A DNA stretch of 64,000 nucleotides from Podarcis liolepis (taxonomy: Eukaryota). Numbering within the stretch: position 1 is the stretch's first letter; every line of letters starts with the position of its first letter. The notes beneath the pieces were generated by a model that worked only from the letters and a program-made list of their open reading frames with translations, had not been told where the DNA came from and made no database searches. Both the position numbers and the translations under genes were made by a program. This document shows positions 13,532 to 27,836 of this stretch, in pieces. The stretch lies in the NCBI GenBank assembly GCA_965112155.1, contig OZ218101.1. One strand, given 5' to 3'.

Positions 13532-15967
13532 TTATGTGTCACTTGCCATTTGTGATTTTAGTCTTTTAGGAAGTGACTTTAGTCTCTGAAGTGTTCTAAG
13601 TATGACAGTTTGTTCTGAAAGGCTATCAGTTTCTTCAGTAAGAGAGAATATCTCTAGCTATCAACTAAATACACTGCTTATAATGCAGAGTTTAATAATG
13701 GACTATATTACAGCCCAAGCACAAATTTGCCTGTGCATAGACTTGTAAGCCTCCATTTTACTAAGAAGCCAAGTTACACAGTTTCCTAGCTGTTTATACC
13801 ATATACCAGCAAGTCATCCCAAACATGTTTTTCTGGCTAAGGCAAGCTGAAAAATGCTATGCCCCATTTCTATACAAGACTGGAAATGCTAAATTCTATG
13901 ATGATTCATCTCTTCTTGCTCATATGTCTTGCCCCCTAACCTATTACTTGCATAATTTTGTACCATAGTTTTATTTCTAAGTAATATTTTCCATAAAAAT
14001 AAAGCTAAAGTTACTGCAAGCTGTCTTCAGTTCCATGTTTCCCAATTACATGTTGAACTTTTTGCTAAGGAATCAGTGAAGAGATTGGATATCTAACGTA
14101 AGGACAACTGCTATGGATCACCTACCTGTGACCATGTAAGCCATTATCATTTGATTTATACTCTATCTGTAGGTCTATTTAAAATTAACAGTAGCAACAT
14201 GTGCAACATTAAAAAAGAACAGCAAATAAAAGCCAATCAGCAACCAGTAGCCCATTTCACCCCCCACACATTTGCATATAATCTTTGTAGATGGGCTGTG
14301 CCAATCGTCTTTGAATCTTCAAGTTTTAATTTTCATGCTTTTCATTTTTTACAGTATCAGCCTGCTGTTGTGACCAATGGACTACTTTAAAAGTCCTGGC
14401 AGGAAATAATGATTAATTTCATTTTGTGAACTGCCCCTGAGATCTGTTGATGAAGGATGGTATAAATCTTATTGGTATCACATTCCAAAAGCATATGCCA
14501 ATCGAAAAGCTATTGGAGCACATATTAACTTAAATTCCCCAGTGGGCTATCAAGGAAGACCTATAGGAGAAACAGAAGAAATGCATAAGTGAAAAAGTGG
14601 GCTCATTAACAGAAGAGAAAAACAAAATCCAAAAAATGTCTAAGTGAAATACTGGGCTCCTAGTGAATGTCTAAGTGAATACTGGTGCCCGGGGGGGGGG
14701 GGGAGGAGGGCTGTACCCCAAAAGTCTAATAGCCATTTTAAAAAAATGAGTATTATAAATAAGAGGGTCAGGATTGTATGTTTGCCCTATCAATGTTAAC
14801 TCAGGCATTTGATAGTTTCACTTTCTTATTCATTTCAACAGGGCAAATCAGACTCCTGATAGCTTAGAAAGTTAAATGCAAGTTAAAGGTTCATTTAAAA
14901 AAAAACAACCCAGAAAATGTAGGGGAAAGATGAAACACCACATGACAACGGATCCCATAATTGTTGAGGAATAAAGGGAGTATAAAGGGGCTCAGGTTTG
15001 CTAAAAAAACAACAACAACAAAAACACCTTAAACAAATATTTCAAATAGCTACTAAGGTCCCCATTAATTTGGGTGGGACAACCCTTTTGGGGACTTGTA
15101 TGGTGATGATAAGAGATAGAAAGATGGCAGAATAAGAATCTAGAAAGATATGTATCAGAAGTAATTGATATTGCAGCGTTCTACAGTGGGTGATAGAAGA
15201 AGCAATAGTTTATACCAGTATGTGTTAGGGTGGATTTACTCCCAGCAGTGAAACTGAATTCACTAAACACCCATTCAAATCCAGTTTACTAGTAATCTCT
15301 CCCATGGAGTGTTGAGGTAAAGAGAGATAAAACATTCCTCAGAAAGGCCCAGGGACACCACGCTATTATGTTGCACATTTATGTTATTACACTAATACTC
15401 CACTCTTCCTCTGAGGAGCTCAAAACAGCTTAGAAATGGTCCTAGGCGATCTCCTATGAAGTTTACAAGGCCAGCAATAAGCTCCTTAGCTTCTGATGCA
15501 GAATACATCATACAGCTTCAGACCACTGTGCTTGTTTACTTGGTATTGTATAGAGAGTTTATTGGGTATACTGACTTACACACAATAAGTTTTGCAGCCT
15601 ATTTATACCTTTCAAGTAGGTCAAGTACTTCTGATAGCCTCTTTAAAGCTCTTCAGTTAAGTATTCATATTCTGCTATGAGACTGGAATGTAAAACCCCT
15701 CTGGCTGTGTTTTGCCTTGCCTAACAAGTTGGGGCAATGAGACCCAAATATTTAATCAGTACACACTTTGAACTGGAACAAATAGAGAAATTAGTCATGA
15801 AAGATTTTATAAAAATCTGTGCATTTAAAAAAAAAATCAGGTCATTAGTGATGTAGAGGTCCACCAAGAAGATCACAGAAGACACTGAAATTGCAGTTAT
15901 TTGCAGTTATTGCAAATTTTATTCTGCTTCTACACACACACACACACAAAAACTGGCTACCTTTAGT

Positions 15968-16618
15968 CTTCACAACCAAAGATTGAATGCTGTGTATATT
16001 TATCCTGTTGTTTTAAAAATGTGAGATCAAGGGTCATGGATGTGTCTTCCATACTCTACACCTCCTTTCCTATCCATAATTGGTAGGGACAGAATATTTT
16101 TTGCAAAATGCTATGTTTTTGGCAGTGCTTGCACAGTTTAACTGATGGGCAATTATACCTATTGTTTTGCATACAGATCTCTACAGCTATTAGTATCTAA
16201 AGATTTTTCTAATAAGTTGAGGTAGCAATTTATGATTTAAAGAAGAAAGGGATATTTCCCAAGGGCAGTTTAGGCTACACCAAACAAATCATATGATGGA
16301 AGAAAACCAAGTTTGTTCCAAAGTCAGTATGTGCCTGTGAATTTCATTTTCAGAAAGGCTGCACCCATTGCACATACATATGTGTAAAACATCAGAGAGC
16401 AAATTGGGTGCATAAATCATCAAATTAAGGTTGAAATAGTTTTACCGACTTGCCAGTGAAATATTCTTTGACACAAAAGAAATAGTCATGTCTTTCAAAT
16501 ACGAACTTTAAAGTCTTGCCTACATATTGAGAATACGGATGTTTAAAAAGCAAATCGTTATATTTAAAAAGAAAGAAAGTGCATGAATATGCCCTACATC
16601 CAGACTTTGGTTGTGAAG
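15968..16618. repeat. Unclassified ~650-bp element with ~55-bp imperfect terminal inverted repeats, copy 1 (CDK8 intron 10)
   Basis: cttcacaaccaaag at 15968 is inverted at 16618; second copy at 47331-48386. Confidence 0.75.
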
Positions 16619-17017
16619 TTGGAAGGCTGTCCCCATCTTCACCATAGTCCACCCATCAAGTTTTCAAATAAATATAAACTAATTATAGAATGTCATCTAT
16701 AATTTCAAGTGGACCTGCAGGCAGTTAGCAGTTGACTATGAAGATCTATAGCATGCATAATCAACCTGTCAGTGAATAACAGGATTATTGCTATGACTAA
16801 TGGGATCAAAGGCTCAGGACAAGATTAATAGGAATATTACTTCAAAATGGCAAATGGCACAGTAAAGCCATTTCTTATAACTTATCAAGAAGGAGCATCT
16901 CACTTGTTATTTTCAGAACATTCCTCCATTCCACACCCACCAAGTCATGCTGTGACACTGAAAGCAATAAAGCATTTAAAGAGCTGCACAGATAGTATCT
17001 AGTAAACTGACCACTTA

Positions 17018-17116
<99 letters not shown>

Positions 17117-17727
17117 CTATGCATAGTTAAAAACACAAGACATTCAGTGCTGTCAAATCAATCAAGAAAATATTTCACCACAATGTGAATATACAAAGCT
17201 TCCTTATATGCTTATAAAGTCTAGTTAGCTCAGTGGCAGAGCTTATACTCTGCGTACAGAAGGTACTAGGTTCAATCTCCAGAATCTCCAGGCACGGCCG
17301 GGAGAGACCCCCATCTGAAAACTTGAAGAGCTGCTGACAGAATATTGAGCTAGATGGACCAATGATATGATTCAGTATAACCTGGTTCCTAATAATCTAG
17401 GCTTCCATAATCTGAGAATTAGGCTTATATGATCTATAAAATGCTACCCATGGAAAAGCTGCAGTTACAAGACTTACTTGCTCACATAAATGGGCCACAG
17501 AGCATATCACACCTATAATGCAGTAGGTTTAATTTCTACTGTGCTGTACAAACAATTCAAGGTTGTTAATGTTAGAGGCCCATCACACTATATAAGTACA
17601 ACCTCTCACTGTGCTTTCCAATATACTTAGCATTCTTCCCAAGTAGTCTGGTAGTGAACCTAGCCCATGTGATAAAAGCACATGGTGAAATGGTTTTGGA
17701 TTGCTGGGTTTAAGGCTGTGGGGGGTA

Positions 17728-17979
17728 AAAGAAGAAGAAGAGTTTGGATTTGACATCCCGCCTTTCACTCCCTTTAAGGAGTCTCAAAGTGGCTAACATT
17801 CTCCTTTCCCTTCCTCCCCCACAACAAACACTCTGTGAGGTGAGTGAGGCTGAGAGACTTCACAGAAGTGTGACTGGCCCAAGGTCACCCAGCAGCTGCA
17901 TGTAGAGGAGCAGAGACGCGAACCTGGTTCCCCAGATTACGAGACTATCGCTCTTAACCACTACACCACACTGGCTCTC
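17728..17979 (-). mobile_element. Squam3-like tRNA/CORE-type SINE
   Basis: Minus strand starts GAGAGCCAGTGTGGTGTAGTGGTTAAGAG (A box), has B box GGTTCGCGTC, a MIR/CORE-like GGTGACCTTGGGCCAGTCAC and a (CTT)n tail. Confidence 0.8.
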
Positions 17980-19271
17980 AACCACACTGGTAGAGGATAT
18001 CCTTACTTTGTATTTTAGCAAATTTACCCCTTCCAAATTTATGCATATTCATAAAAAATTATACCTTGCAAGTGATCAGGCTGTGTTAGAGATTTGTTCT
18101 TAGTTTTCTTTAAAAAAAATCTGGCCAGATTAAAGAAAAACACTGGCTTTAGGGCCAGCAGCTAAAAGGCAAAAAATAATTTTCTTCATCAAAATATTAA
18201 CTGAATCTGGTCATCTAATACTCCAGTCGATTTATATACCTATTCACAGCCAACAGTTGCCACCTCATGCTTAACAAAAGAGGAGGAGTTGGTTTTTCAA
18301 AAATAATAACAGTAAAAACAGGGCTCCTTGTGCTCCCTGGGAAAATACTAGCATCTTTAGATCATTTCAGTCATTAGATTTGTTCTTTCATGCCTACTTT
18401 CAGAAGTCCTTATTCTTAAGGGTACTTGAGTATTCTCTAAAATAAGGCTTGCAGGTGTTTTACAATAGAAGGTGTTAAGATAGCATGTTGGATGTAACAG
18501 GATTCTGAAGCATATACAATGATACAATGGGATGAGGAAAAGCCATATCCTTAAGCTACCCTATTACATGATAAATTTGCTACTACACCCAGTCTTCAAA
18601 CAACTCAGCATAAGGAACAGACTGAGTATACAAACAAGAACAACAACCTTCTCAGTGGCAGCCCCAGTCCCATATTTCCCTTCCATAGTAAGGAGGTACA
18701 CAATAAATGAGCAAGATAATGGAAGGAATATTGGGCCAGAGTCAACTAAACTATTCCACTAGCAGGAACCAATACAAGGCTTTCCCATCTCCTCACGCCA
18801 CATCATGCCTCCCCCTAATCTGCTCTGGAGGGTCAGGAGAACCCCCAGAACAGTGTGCACAGGAGAGAGGGGAGATTGTTTCACTGGGAAAGCAAAGCAA
18901 TCTCCTTAGCACCACGTTGAATTCTACCATTAGCTATCACTTGACCACAGCTGTCTGTTGATACAACTAATAGCTAGCCAAATTACCAGGTTGTCGGGAC
19001 ATGTTAAAAAAGGAAGGAAATCTACTGCCAGCATAGGTGCTGTAGAAATGTTAAAAACTGACTTAATGCCTAGCACTTGGGAGTAGTAAACTATTAATTA
19101 GATCATAGGGTTTTACTCTGGACATGAATTGCTATGAAATATGAAATGGCACAGAAATTCAACTTTACAACCAATGCTTTTGTGAAGAGATGCAATGAAA
19201 AGCAATTTAAACAATTCAAATTAATGCTTCCAGAAACTGTGAAAAATTCACAAGCGAACAATTTGATACTA

Positions 19272-19535
<264 letters not shown>

Positions 19536-20131
19536 TTAATAGCAGCCACATGGAAATGACTTACCATTATTACAGATTTGGTTAGCAACCAGTATCCCTC
19601 TTGTACAATATTAGATGCACATACTTCTAGTAGCTATGCGTTTGATAATGCTTAAAACATAATATTACGAAACATAAAAAGTCAATCCTTTAAAGAATAA
19701 TAGATTTTAATGCAACAAACTGTCTCTTTAGCCAAGACACTAATTTTATATGTGCTATGTTGCTTCAAATGTATCTATACAATGAGAAAATTAGCAGTTA
19801 TTGCTTGTTTCAAACAGCTTCAGAAAACCAAGCAGAACACACAAGGATCCACTAAACCAAGAAGGGCCAGTACAGATCCCTTCAAACTTACTGGCCTCCA
19901 CTGGGCTTTTTCACAAACAACATGGTTATCAATACAAACCTGTAGTGTGACATGAAATACCTGTTCCCAGCCAAGTTCCCTGCTGTTCTGAGAAAACTCA
20001 GAGGTGCAACTATCTTTGTGGGGAAGGGGTGGTCACCAGAGAGAGGAAAGAGGCAATTGCCAAGGAAGCCTGGTTCCGAACCCCTGATACAGTAGAAATC
20101 ATCACAATTACTTAGATCTTTGCAAAACTTA

Positions 20132-20230
<99 letters not shown>

Positions 20231-20999
20231 TCATCTTTCTCTACATAGGGAATAGGACATCATCACTTGCACATTCAAAACCATAATTCACTCTCCCCTT
20301 TACATGCCAAACTTCGCCTTCTGATCACCATTGATGAAGATGAATATGAGTGGAAAAAATATCCTCTCTCAGTCGCCTCAGCAACACTAGATCAGAGTCA
20401 CCAAAGAGACACCTATTTTTAATATAGACCAAATTTTGCGATGGAAGTAGGCAAAGCGGTGCACAATGAAATTAACACACTAGGTCTGAATCCCCAACAT
20501 GATGCACATGGGTATCCCAGAGCCTACCTACCAAGGCCCTTTGCCCCTCCCCTCCCAATTGTTTAATTTTTAAAAAGTGAACTTTCACCTATTTGTTTTT
20601 TGGGGAGGGGCAGCTGCCTGCTTTGTGTTTTTGTCAGTTTGGGGTGGGAGTGGGGGCTCTGAGCATCACCAGCTTGTCTTCTGTGAAAAATGTATTTTGT
20701 GAGCCCACAAAATATTTAAAAATATGCCTAGTCCAAAATGTCTGAGGACTCCTGCAGTAAATACTACTATCAGCCCTCAAGATTTTGTTTCTTTTTATCA
20801 AGACAATAAGAATTTTCAAGAAATTAACAAATGGGGGGGGGATCAATTTCACAGTGTTCTTTGTAGGCCGTGCATAGACCTATGCACAGCCACAAAAAGA
20901 TCAGGCATATTGACATTTTCCAATGATTACTGTAGCTTCTTTCAAGCCTACTAGCTTTTCAGTAAATATTATGGCACAAAGAGTATGTCAGTCCTATTA

Positions 21000-21299
<300 letters not shown>

Positions 21300-22079
21300 T
21301 CAAAGCAAGCAACTCTGTTTAAGTTATATGTACATTTTCTACAGACAATTCCATTTCCCCTATATTCCTTAAGATTTTACACATGACCCCATGCATTTAA
21401 AAATTGAACATTTTGCTGAGGTTAAAGGAATGTAGGCCAAACTAATGTTATGCTAAATGTGCAGCTTCCACAATAGCTGAATATTTAGCTCTACCTCTCG
21501 TTACACACTTGTGTCTCTGTCTCATATAACATTCAATTTTTGCCTACTTCCTCTTCTCATTACCATCAGCCAATAACCTGGAGCATGAAAGACACACATA
21601 GAACACAGGCAGCTAGATAGGCTGCTACTGTATTTAGCAAAATCAATGATTATTAATTTTAACACTGATACTAGAGAAAAATGAGCAAAAGAAGACTATG
21701 CAAACTGCATTGTTTTTGTTTTAAACCATAATTTCACATATAGCAAAGCAGGTATCTACATTGGTGGTAACTAGCCAGGAAGACATAAGAAGCTGCCTTG
21801 TTCTGTTGGTCCATCTTGCTCAGTATTGTCAACACCCCACTGACAGCAGGACCCCAGGATTTCAGCCAGTAGTTTCCCCAGACCTACACAAAAGTATCAT
21901 GAACTGGAACTGGGACATTTGTAATGCTAAGCAGGTGCTCTATCATTGAGCTATAGTCCCTTCCTTACAGATCTTCAGCTCATGTTGGATGGCCACTGTT
22001 AGGGATTTATTAGAAAAGGATTGAAAATAAGACGGTCAGAACTGTAATGCTTTTATTTAAATCTAAGGTCTCTTTGCAT

Positions 22080-22335
22080 TTGGAAATTTGATGTGCACCT
22101 CTGCTTGCTCCATCTCAAAAAGGATATAACAGACTTGGAAAGGGTGTATATCACAGCAATCATGGCACCTTCCCCACAAGGAGAGGCTGAAGGTGGTGGG
22201 AGTTTAAAGGGGACATACGAAAGATCATCACTGGGGAGGAATTTCTTTCTTTCATAATACTAGCACTTAAGACTCAATGAAACTGATTGTCCTCTGCTGT
22301 CAGACAAAATAAAGTGCTTCACCAACATTTTGAAT
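22080..22335 (+). mobile_element. Degraded CR1 fragment
   Basis: ccatctcaaaaaggatataacagacttggaaagggtg (PHLKKDITDLERV) CR1 ORF2 motif. Confidence 0.55.
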
Positions 22336-23047
22336 TCAGTCAATGAGGGCTTTTGCACAGTTACTTCTAGTATCGAGGACTTGGATAAAAGAAAGTGCTC
22401 AAAAGCACACTGAAAAAATAGGTATTTTCAATAGTATTTCAACCAACAACAGGTTGTTTCAAGCTCTGGGTAGAAGTCTACTAAAATCAAAGGCTTGCAG
22501 GCAGACTTGTGAAAGCTGAATGATCCCTCCAGAATTGTATAGGATATGGAGGGGTGCTGCTATCTGAGAAAAAATTGTGGAGGCACCTTGTGAGAGCATC
22601 ATGCTGCTTGTGCATGTCTGGATCAAAGCCAAAACATTCCTGACACTATTCAATAATGCAAATCAGTCTTCAGAATTAAATGTCCTGGCATTTCTTATCT
22701 AATTAGTGAAACCATCTGTAAATTCAATGTGGTCTTTGCCAGTTAAGTGCCCTGAAGTACTTAAGACTTAAGAGTGATGCACATGTTTGGGCAACCAAAC
22801 ATGATAGAAGACTCAGCCTTAAAAAGTAAGGTTCAGTGAATCACTTTTCTTCCACACTAGAATCACAATGCTTTCCTATATTTTCCAAATGCCAAAATGC
22901 ATTGCAGGTGGTTGGGCTAGGCGACCCTTGTGATTCCGTCCAATTCTACGATTTCAAGAGTAGACATCTTTGTAAACAAGAAGGAAGGAAACCACACCAG
23001 GGAAAATTAGAATTTAAAATATGGAAGATCAGGTATACAGTGCATTA

Positions 23048-23215
<168 letters not shown>

Positions 23216-25519
23216 TTAGCGCACAGACTGCTTACTCAGAAATGAGTGAGCTCAAATGTGACACACACTGCAAACATCCTCAGTCTAACTTTTAAAAGTT
23301 CCTTTTAAGCTTGTTTCTAAAGCATGGTACAGAAAATGAAGCATTATTAAATCATAGCTAACACACTTTTGATCATGCAGGTTCTGAATCAAGCTGATCA
23401 TTCCTCAGAAAGTTGGGAAATCTGGTGTCCAGCCCAACGGAAAAACAACACAAAGATTTATATATGGGAAAACAAGGCAGGTGTATACTAGGCTGGAAAG
23501 ATTTCCCGTTTTTAGAAGCCAGTCCTTTATTAACCTGACAAAAACAGTTCAGCTCTTAGGAACTAAGGCAGCTGGTACATTTCCATCTCTATTATCACAG
23601 AAAACTGATATTTGAGACTGTTACCGATTGTAGCTGAATTGCATTTAAGCTTAGATGGAAAGAATTCCCAATTCCTGCTATATTCTATTGCCTCAATACT
23701 TTTCACCTATTAGGAAGAATTTACAAATGAAACCTGGATTGTTTGCACCCACACTCAAATAGCAGAGAAGTATTTCACTTCTTTAAGAAAAACTATTTCA
23801 TACAGTTTGAGTGTAGGCACGAACATACAGCTTGTTATTTTACAAATTCCAACAGACCTGAGGATCCGAGGTTGCAGTTGTAGACCATACAAAGAACTGA
23901 GCCAGCTTTAAGACTGTGAAGCCTGTGTGTTTTTAAGGAGCAAGGTTCCAGATCTCATATTCACCAGAGATAAATTCATCTCCCTTTGTCCTATTAACAA
24001 GCGTGTGTGCCTATTCATAGCCCTATTTAAAACTGTATTATGCTTCATTTTAGGCATTGAAAACAATTTAACTTTTTCTGTCTTAGAAGGCAAGAAACAT
24101 TTAGCTGCTGGAGGAAAAAACGCAATAGCTCCAGAAGAGAGGGGTGAGTGGGAAGTACAGTGTTTATATTCAAATACGTGTGTTGTGTGTGTGTTTTAAT
24201 GCTTAAACAGTGAAAGTCCAAACATAATTTTGTTGTTGCTTCTGTTGTCAAAATAAGGCAGTGCGTCTTCATCTTTATTATACTTTTACGAGTCCATCTT
24301 GCCATTCTTGGCACTGGATAGGTTAAGTGAACTGGAGAGGTCTCTTTCACATCCATCCACGCAGTGTAACCATTTTGGGGAGCAATCAATTAGTTTGAAA
24401 TGTTGTACACACCTGTTGCATGCAAAAGTAGCAGGTAGTCCATTTCCAGTAAGGGGAAAACTGTCTGCATCACAAGAAGCACCACTTCAATTAACGTCAA
24501 ATATTTTGGGAGGCTGACCTACATTATAGCCATGGTTTGCTTACAAAAGGACCTCAGTCTGCTAGTGTTAGTACTCTTGTATGTTCACAAACCTTTTAAA
24601 GAGTCATGTGCTCAACACTGGTCTAATTCTATTCCTTTTGAACTTCATATATAGGGCCACCAATGAGGAAAACCCCCTGCTTTTGGCAGTTGATCAATAG
24701 TCTCGAACAATCAAAAGAATGTATGGAATTCTGTGTCAATTACAAAACAATTCATCTCAGATCATAGCAGCCAAATTCTAGGGGCTGAGGTCCCTTTACC
24801 TCCCCTAAAATATTTGAGGGAGCTGCCCCTCAAAGTTGATGGGCCTTGTCATTCAAATGGTGTGTGCGCGCCACGTCATGTGATTGTGTGGGGCTGGGCT
24901 TCCCTGCCCCTCCACAATATTTTGTTCAAGTTGGCACCCCGTCTCAGATAATTAGTCAGAGGACAGGAAAATATACACCTTTAACATCTGCTGGTACAAA
25001 CACTTACGTCCTTAGGATACCAACATACTTCCTCAACATGCTGGATCATACCATTATGCAAATTTTACTGCTACATTCCAGTTTCATTTAATAATTTTTT
25101 TAAGAGCATTTTTATAGAATATGGAATCTGTGTCACAAGAAGCTCCCCCTACAAAAATTTGTCCAATGTTACCTTATCCATTAAAAATGCTGTTTTAATT
25201 TCCATCAAGCAATGCTTATAAGCTTTTAAAATTTGTCTCCCATCCCTGAATAATCTATCTACCCTCTCAATAGCACTTTATACAACTGTTACTAATGTTC
25301 ATTTTATTATTGATATTTATATAATTCAGTACTATTGTAAAGTAACATTTTTGGAGGCAAAGGAGTCCTTCACTTTTCTCCATCCAACATTAACAAATTT
25401 TACCTCTTCATTTTATGGGGTTTTATGTGTGATCCAGAAAGTATTAACCTGGTTAGCTGCACCTTTAGAACATTCTATCTTAAATGGTACACTGGGACTT
25501 ATCAAAGATATAAACATAC

Positions 25520-25577
25520 CAATTTTTACTCTTCCTCGCTCAGGACCTTCACCCATAACTAAAATATTAGCAGGTTT
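25520..25577 (-). CDS. CDK8: CDK8 coding exon 5
   Basis: KPANILVMGEGPERGRVKI; cag|...|gtatgt; 58 nt. Confidence 0.98.
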
Positions 25578-26040
25578 CTGTGGAAAAAAAATACAATACA
25601 TATACCAAGATAAACCTAAACATTTGTGCCTAAAATTAGCAGTTTTATTTTTCCAATTTTAAACCAAAATGCAGTGGAATGTCATTAATAGTGCCTGTGG
25701 ATTATTAGTTTGCTGTAAGGTCATATGGCTGACCAAATCAATTTTCTTCCCCGTCTTACGTTTTCTTCCTCTTAGAAGAGCTTCCTTTCAATAACTTTCC
25801 ACACCATGCTCTTCTTTCAGATGAGCAGTGTCATTACAGAATTCACCTGGGGAAAATGTTGGCTCACTTATTTCCAGTATTAGCCAATTACAAAAAGCAA
25901 TCAATGAAATATTTTGCATATCTTCCTAGATGTTACTATATGAACATTTAGATTCTACACAAAACTTTTACAAAACTACACAAAAATTTTGCTCTTAAGT
26001 GTATCAATTCAGCCACTATAAGAGTGGCTTATAAGAGTTT

Positions 26041-26112
26041 ATTCTGAAACTACCACATCTGCAAAGGTAATGTTTATAAGAAATGCCTTTGCAGATATGG
26101 TAGTTTCAGAAT
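26041..26112. repeat. 72-nt inverted repeat / hairpin in CDK8 intron 4
   Basis: 29-bp arms differing at 2 positions; 14-nt spacer. Confidence 0.9.
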
Positions 26113-27584
26113 CATTACGTGAGAAGCAAACATTGGTACAATTGCTTTTGAAGCTCTATAGAGCTACACCAAAACTATTTTTGCTGTTTTCTTATAAGGT
26201 TTATAAACCTATATAAAATAACCATTAAGCATCAAATTTAGCAAAGCATGATGTGTAGAGTAGTAGATATCCGGTTCAAGCCAATTTCAAGAAAAAACTA
26301 CTTCTTTTGAAAAAAGGCTTGCATCAACAGCTCAAAGCACACCACTTTGGGCTATTGTTTAAGTGGGCTATTATTTAAGTATGTAGAAAAGGATTTGCTC
26401 CATCTGATCAATATTGTCATGTGAAGCAATTATGTGAACACCTATCTGTGATTTTAAGCAAGCATAAAATGTATGCCACATAAAAGTACTTCAAGGAAGC
26501 TTTGATAGATGAATGAAAACATCTTTGATAGGAACAGATGTAATCTAGTATAAGCACAGACACATAAATGTGTAAAGAACAAATTCGAAAAAGGGTATGA
26601 CTCTGGACAGGTTTAAAGATGGCGACAAGGCAGTAAGTTACACTAAGATGTGTGCTCTGAGCCAGGAAAAATATATAAACTACTTGTGGCACTATCAGGC
26701 CATCAGTCTCTTGTAGGGACTGGTGGAAGATATTTATGAACAAACAGAGCAGAATATGCAGAATTCTCTTTGATCTAAATGGAAAGAGATCTTATATGCT
26801 AACACACTGCGTTTTTGGCAAAGGCAGTATCCAAAAAAGTGTCATCTCCGACTTTATTTATGGCTGGATGCTAGTGCGCTGCCATTATTGAATATATTAA
26901 GGGGGCTGATTTGGGGATTCTGGAAGACTGTCATGTCTCACATAATTTCAGTATGCATTTTACCAACTCTGAGCCTTAAGAATGTAGGATTTCCTAACTG
27001 CCAGGTTTTCTAGGTAATTATTTCAGGAAGGTCAGCCTGTGCTGCAGCTCTCAACGCCACCTCTCTCCCCTGCATTGCTGCTAATGACACTTAGCATGGC
27101 TCAGGGAATGTGCTACGCAGAGAAGCAACTGTAGGCTAGATTAATCTTATTTTTCTCCCCTTTTGAGTATCACTAAATCCATGGGATCATATAGAAGTGA
27201 ATTTCACAGAATTATGGATCTGTACATATTCCAGGTTTTCAAATATTAGGGAAGAAGGGTCAAGAGCAAGTTTGCATCAAAATCTTAGCTTTTACACTAT
27301 GGCAAAGCTGTATGCTTAATTCCTTGTAACAATCTAACCACCTTTTACTAAAAATATGGAATAATTACTTGGGTGGAACACAGCTTGCTTCCGTTAGAGT
27401 GCATTTACACTAGCTTACAAAATGTAATATAAGAGTCCAGAATCCAGAATCACTTGCTGTTCAATAATAGTAATCTGCCAGTGTCATCAACCTACCATGA
27501 TATAAAATACAATTACAGTGGGAGCTATTCTACTGCTATATTAATCAATCAGTTACTTCATATGTAAACAAAGAAACCAAAGAG

Positions 27585-27836
27585 CAGTCATACCTCGGGT
27601 TAAAGTTGCTTCGGGTTGAGCGTTTTCGGGTTGCGCTCTTTTGCGACCCGGAAGTAATGGAACGTGCTACTTCTGGGTTTTGCTGCTCGCGCATGCACAG
27701 ACGCTCAAAATGACGTCACGCGCATGCGCAGAAGCAGTGAATCAAGACCCGCACACGTGCAGACGCAGGTTGCGTTCTCTTCAGGATGCGAACGGGGCTC
27801 TGGAACAGATCCTGTTTGCATCCAGAGGTACCACTG
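27585..27836. mobile_element. Tc1/mariner-type MITE family B
   Basis: cagtcatacctc...gaggtaccactg ends; CpG-rich core with ccggaagt and gcgcatgcgc. Confidence 0.85.

Noticed and set aside
16350-16425. Possible C/D-box snoRNA (TTGATGA...CTGA...CTGA on the CDK8 sense strand) inside the duplicated element
   Set aside because: The C box and distal D box are mutated in copy 2 (TTGATTA, CTGT), and no terminal stem or guide target is evident.
17225-17290. tRNA-like sequences (also ~1750-1816, ~8575-8635, ~9744-9820, ~17910-17979)
   Set aside because: They are SINE heads continuing into SINE bodies and tails, without intact cloverleaves.
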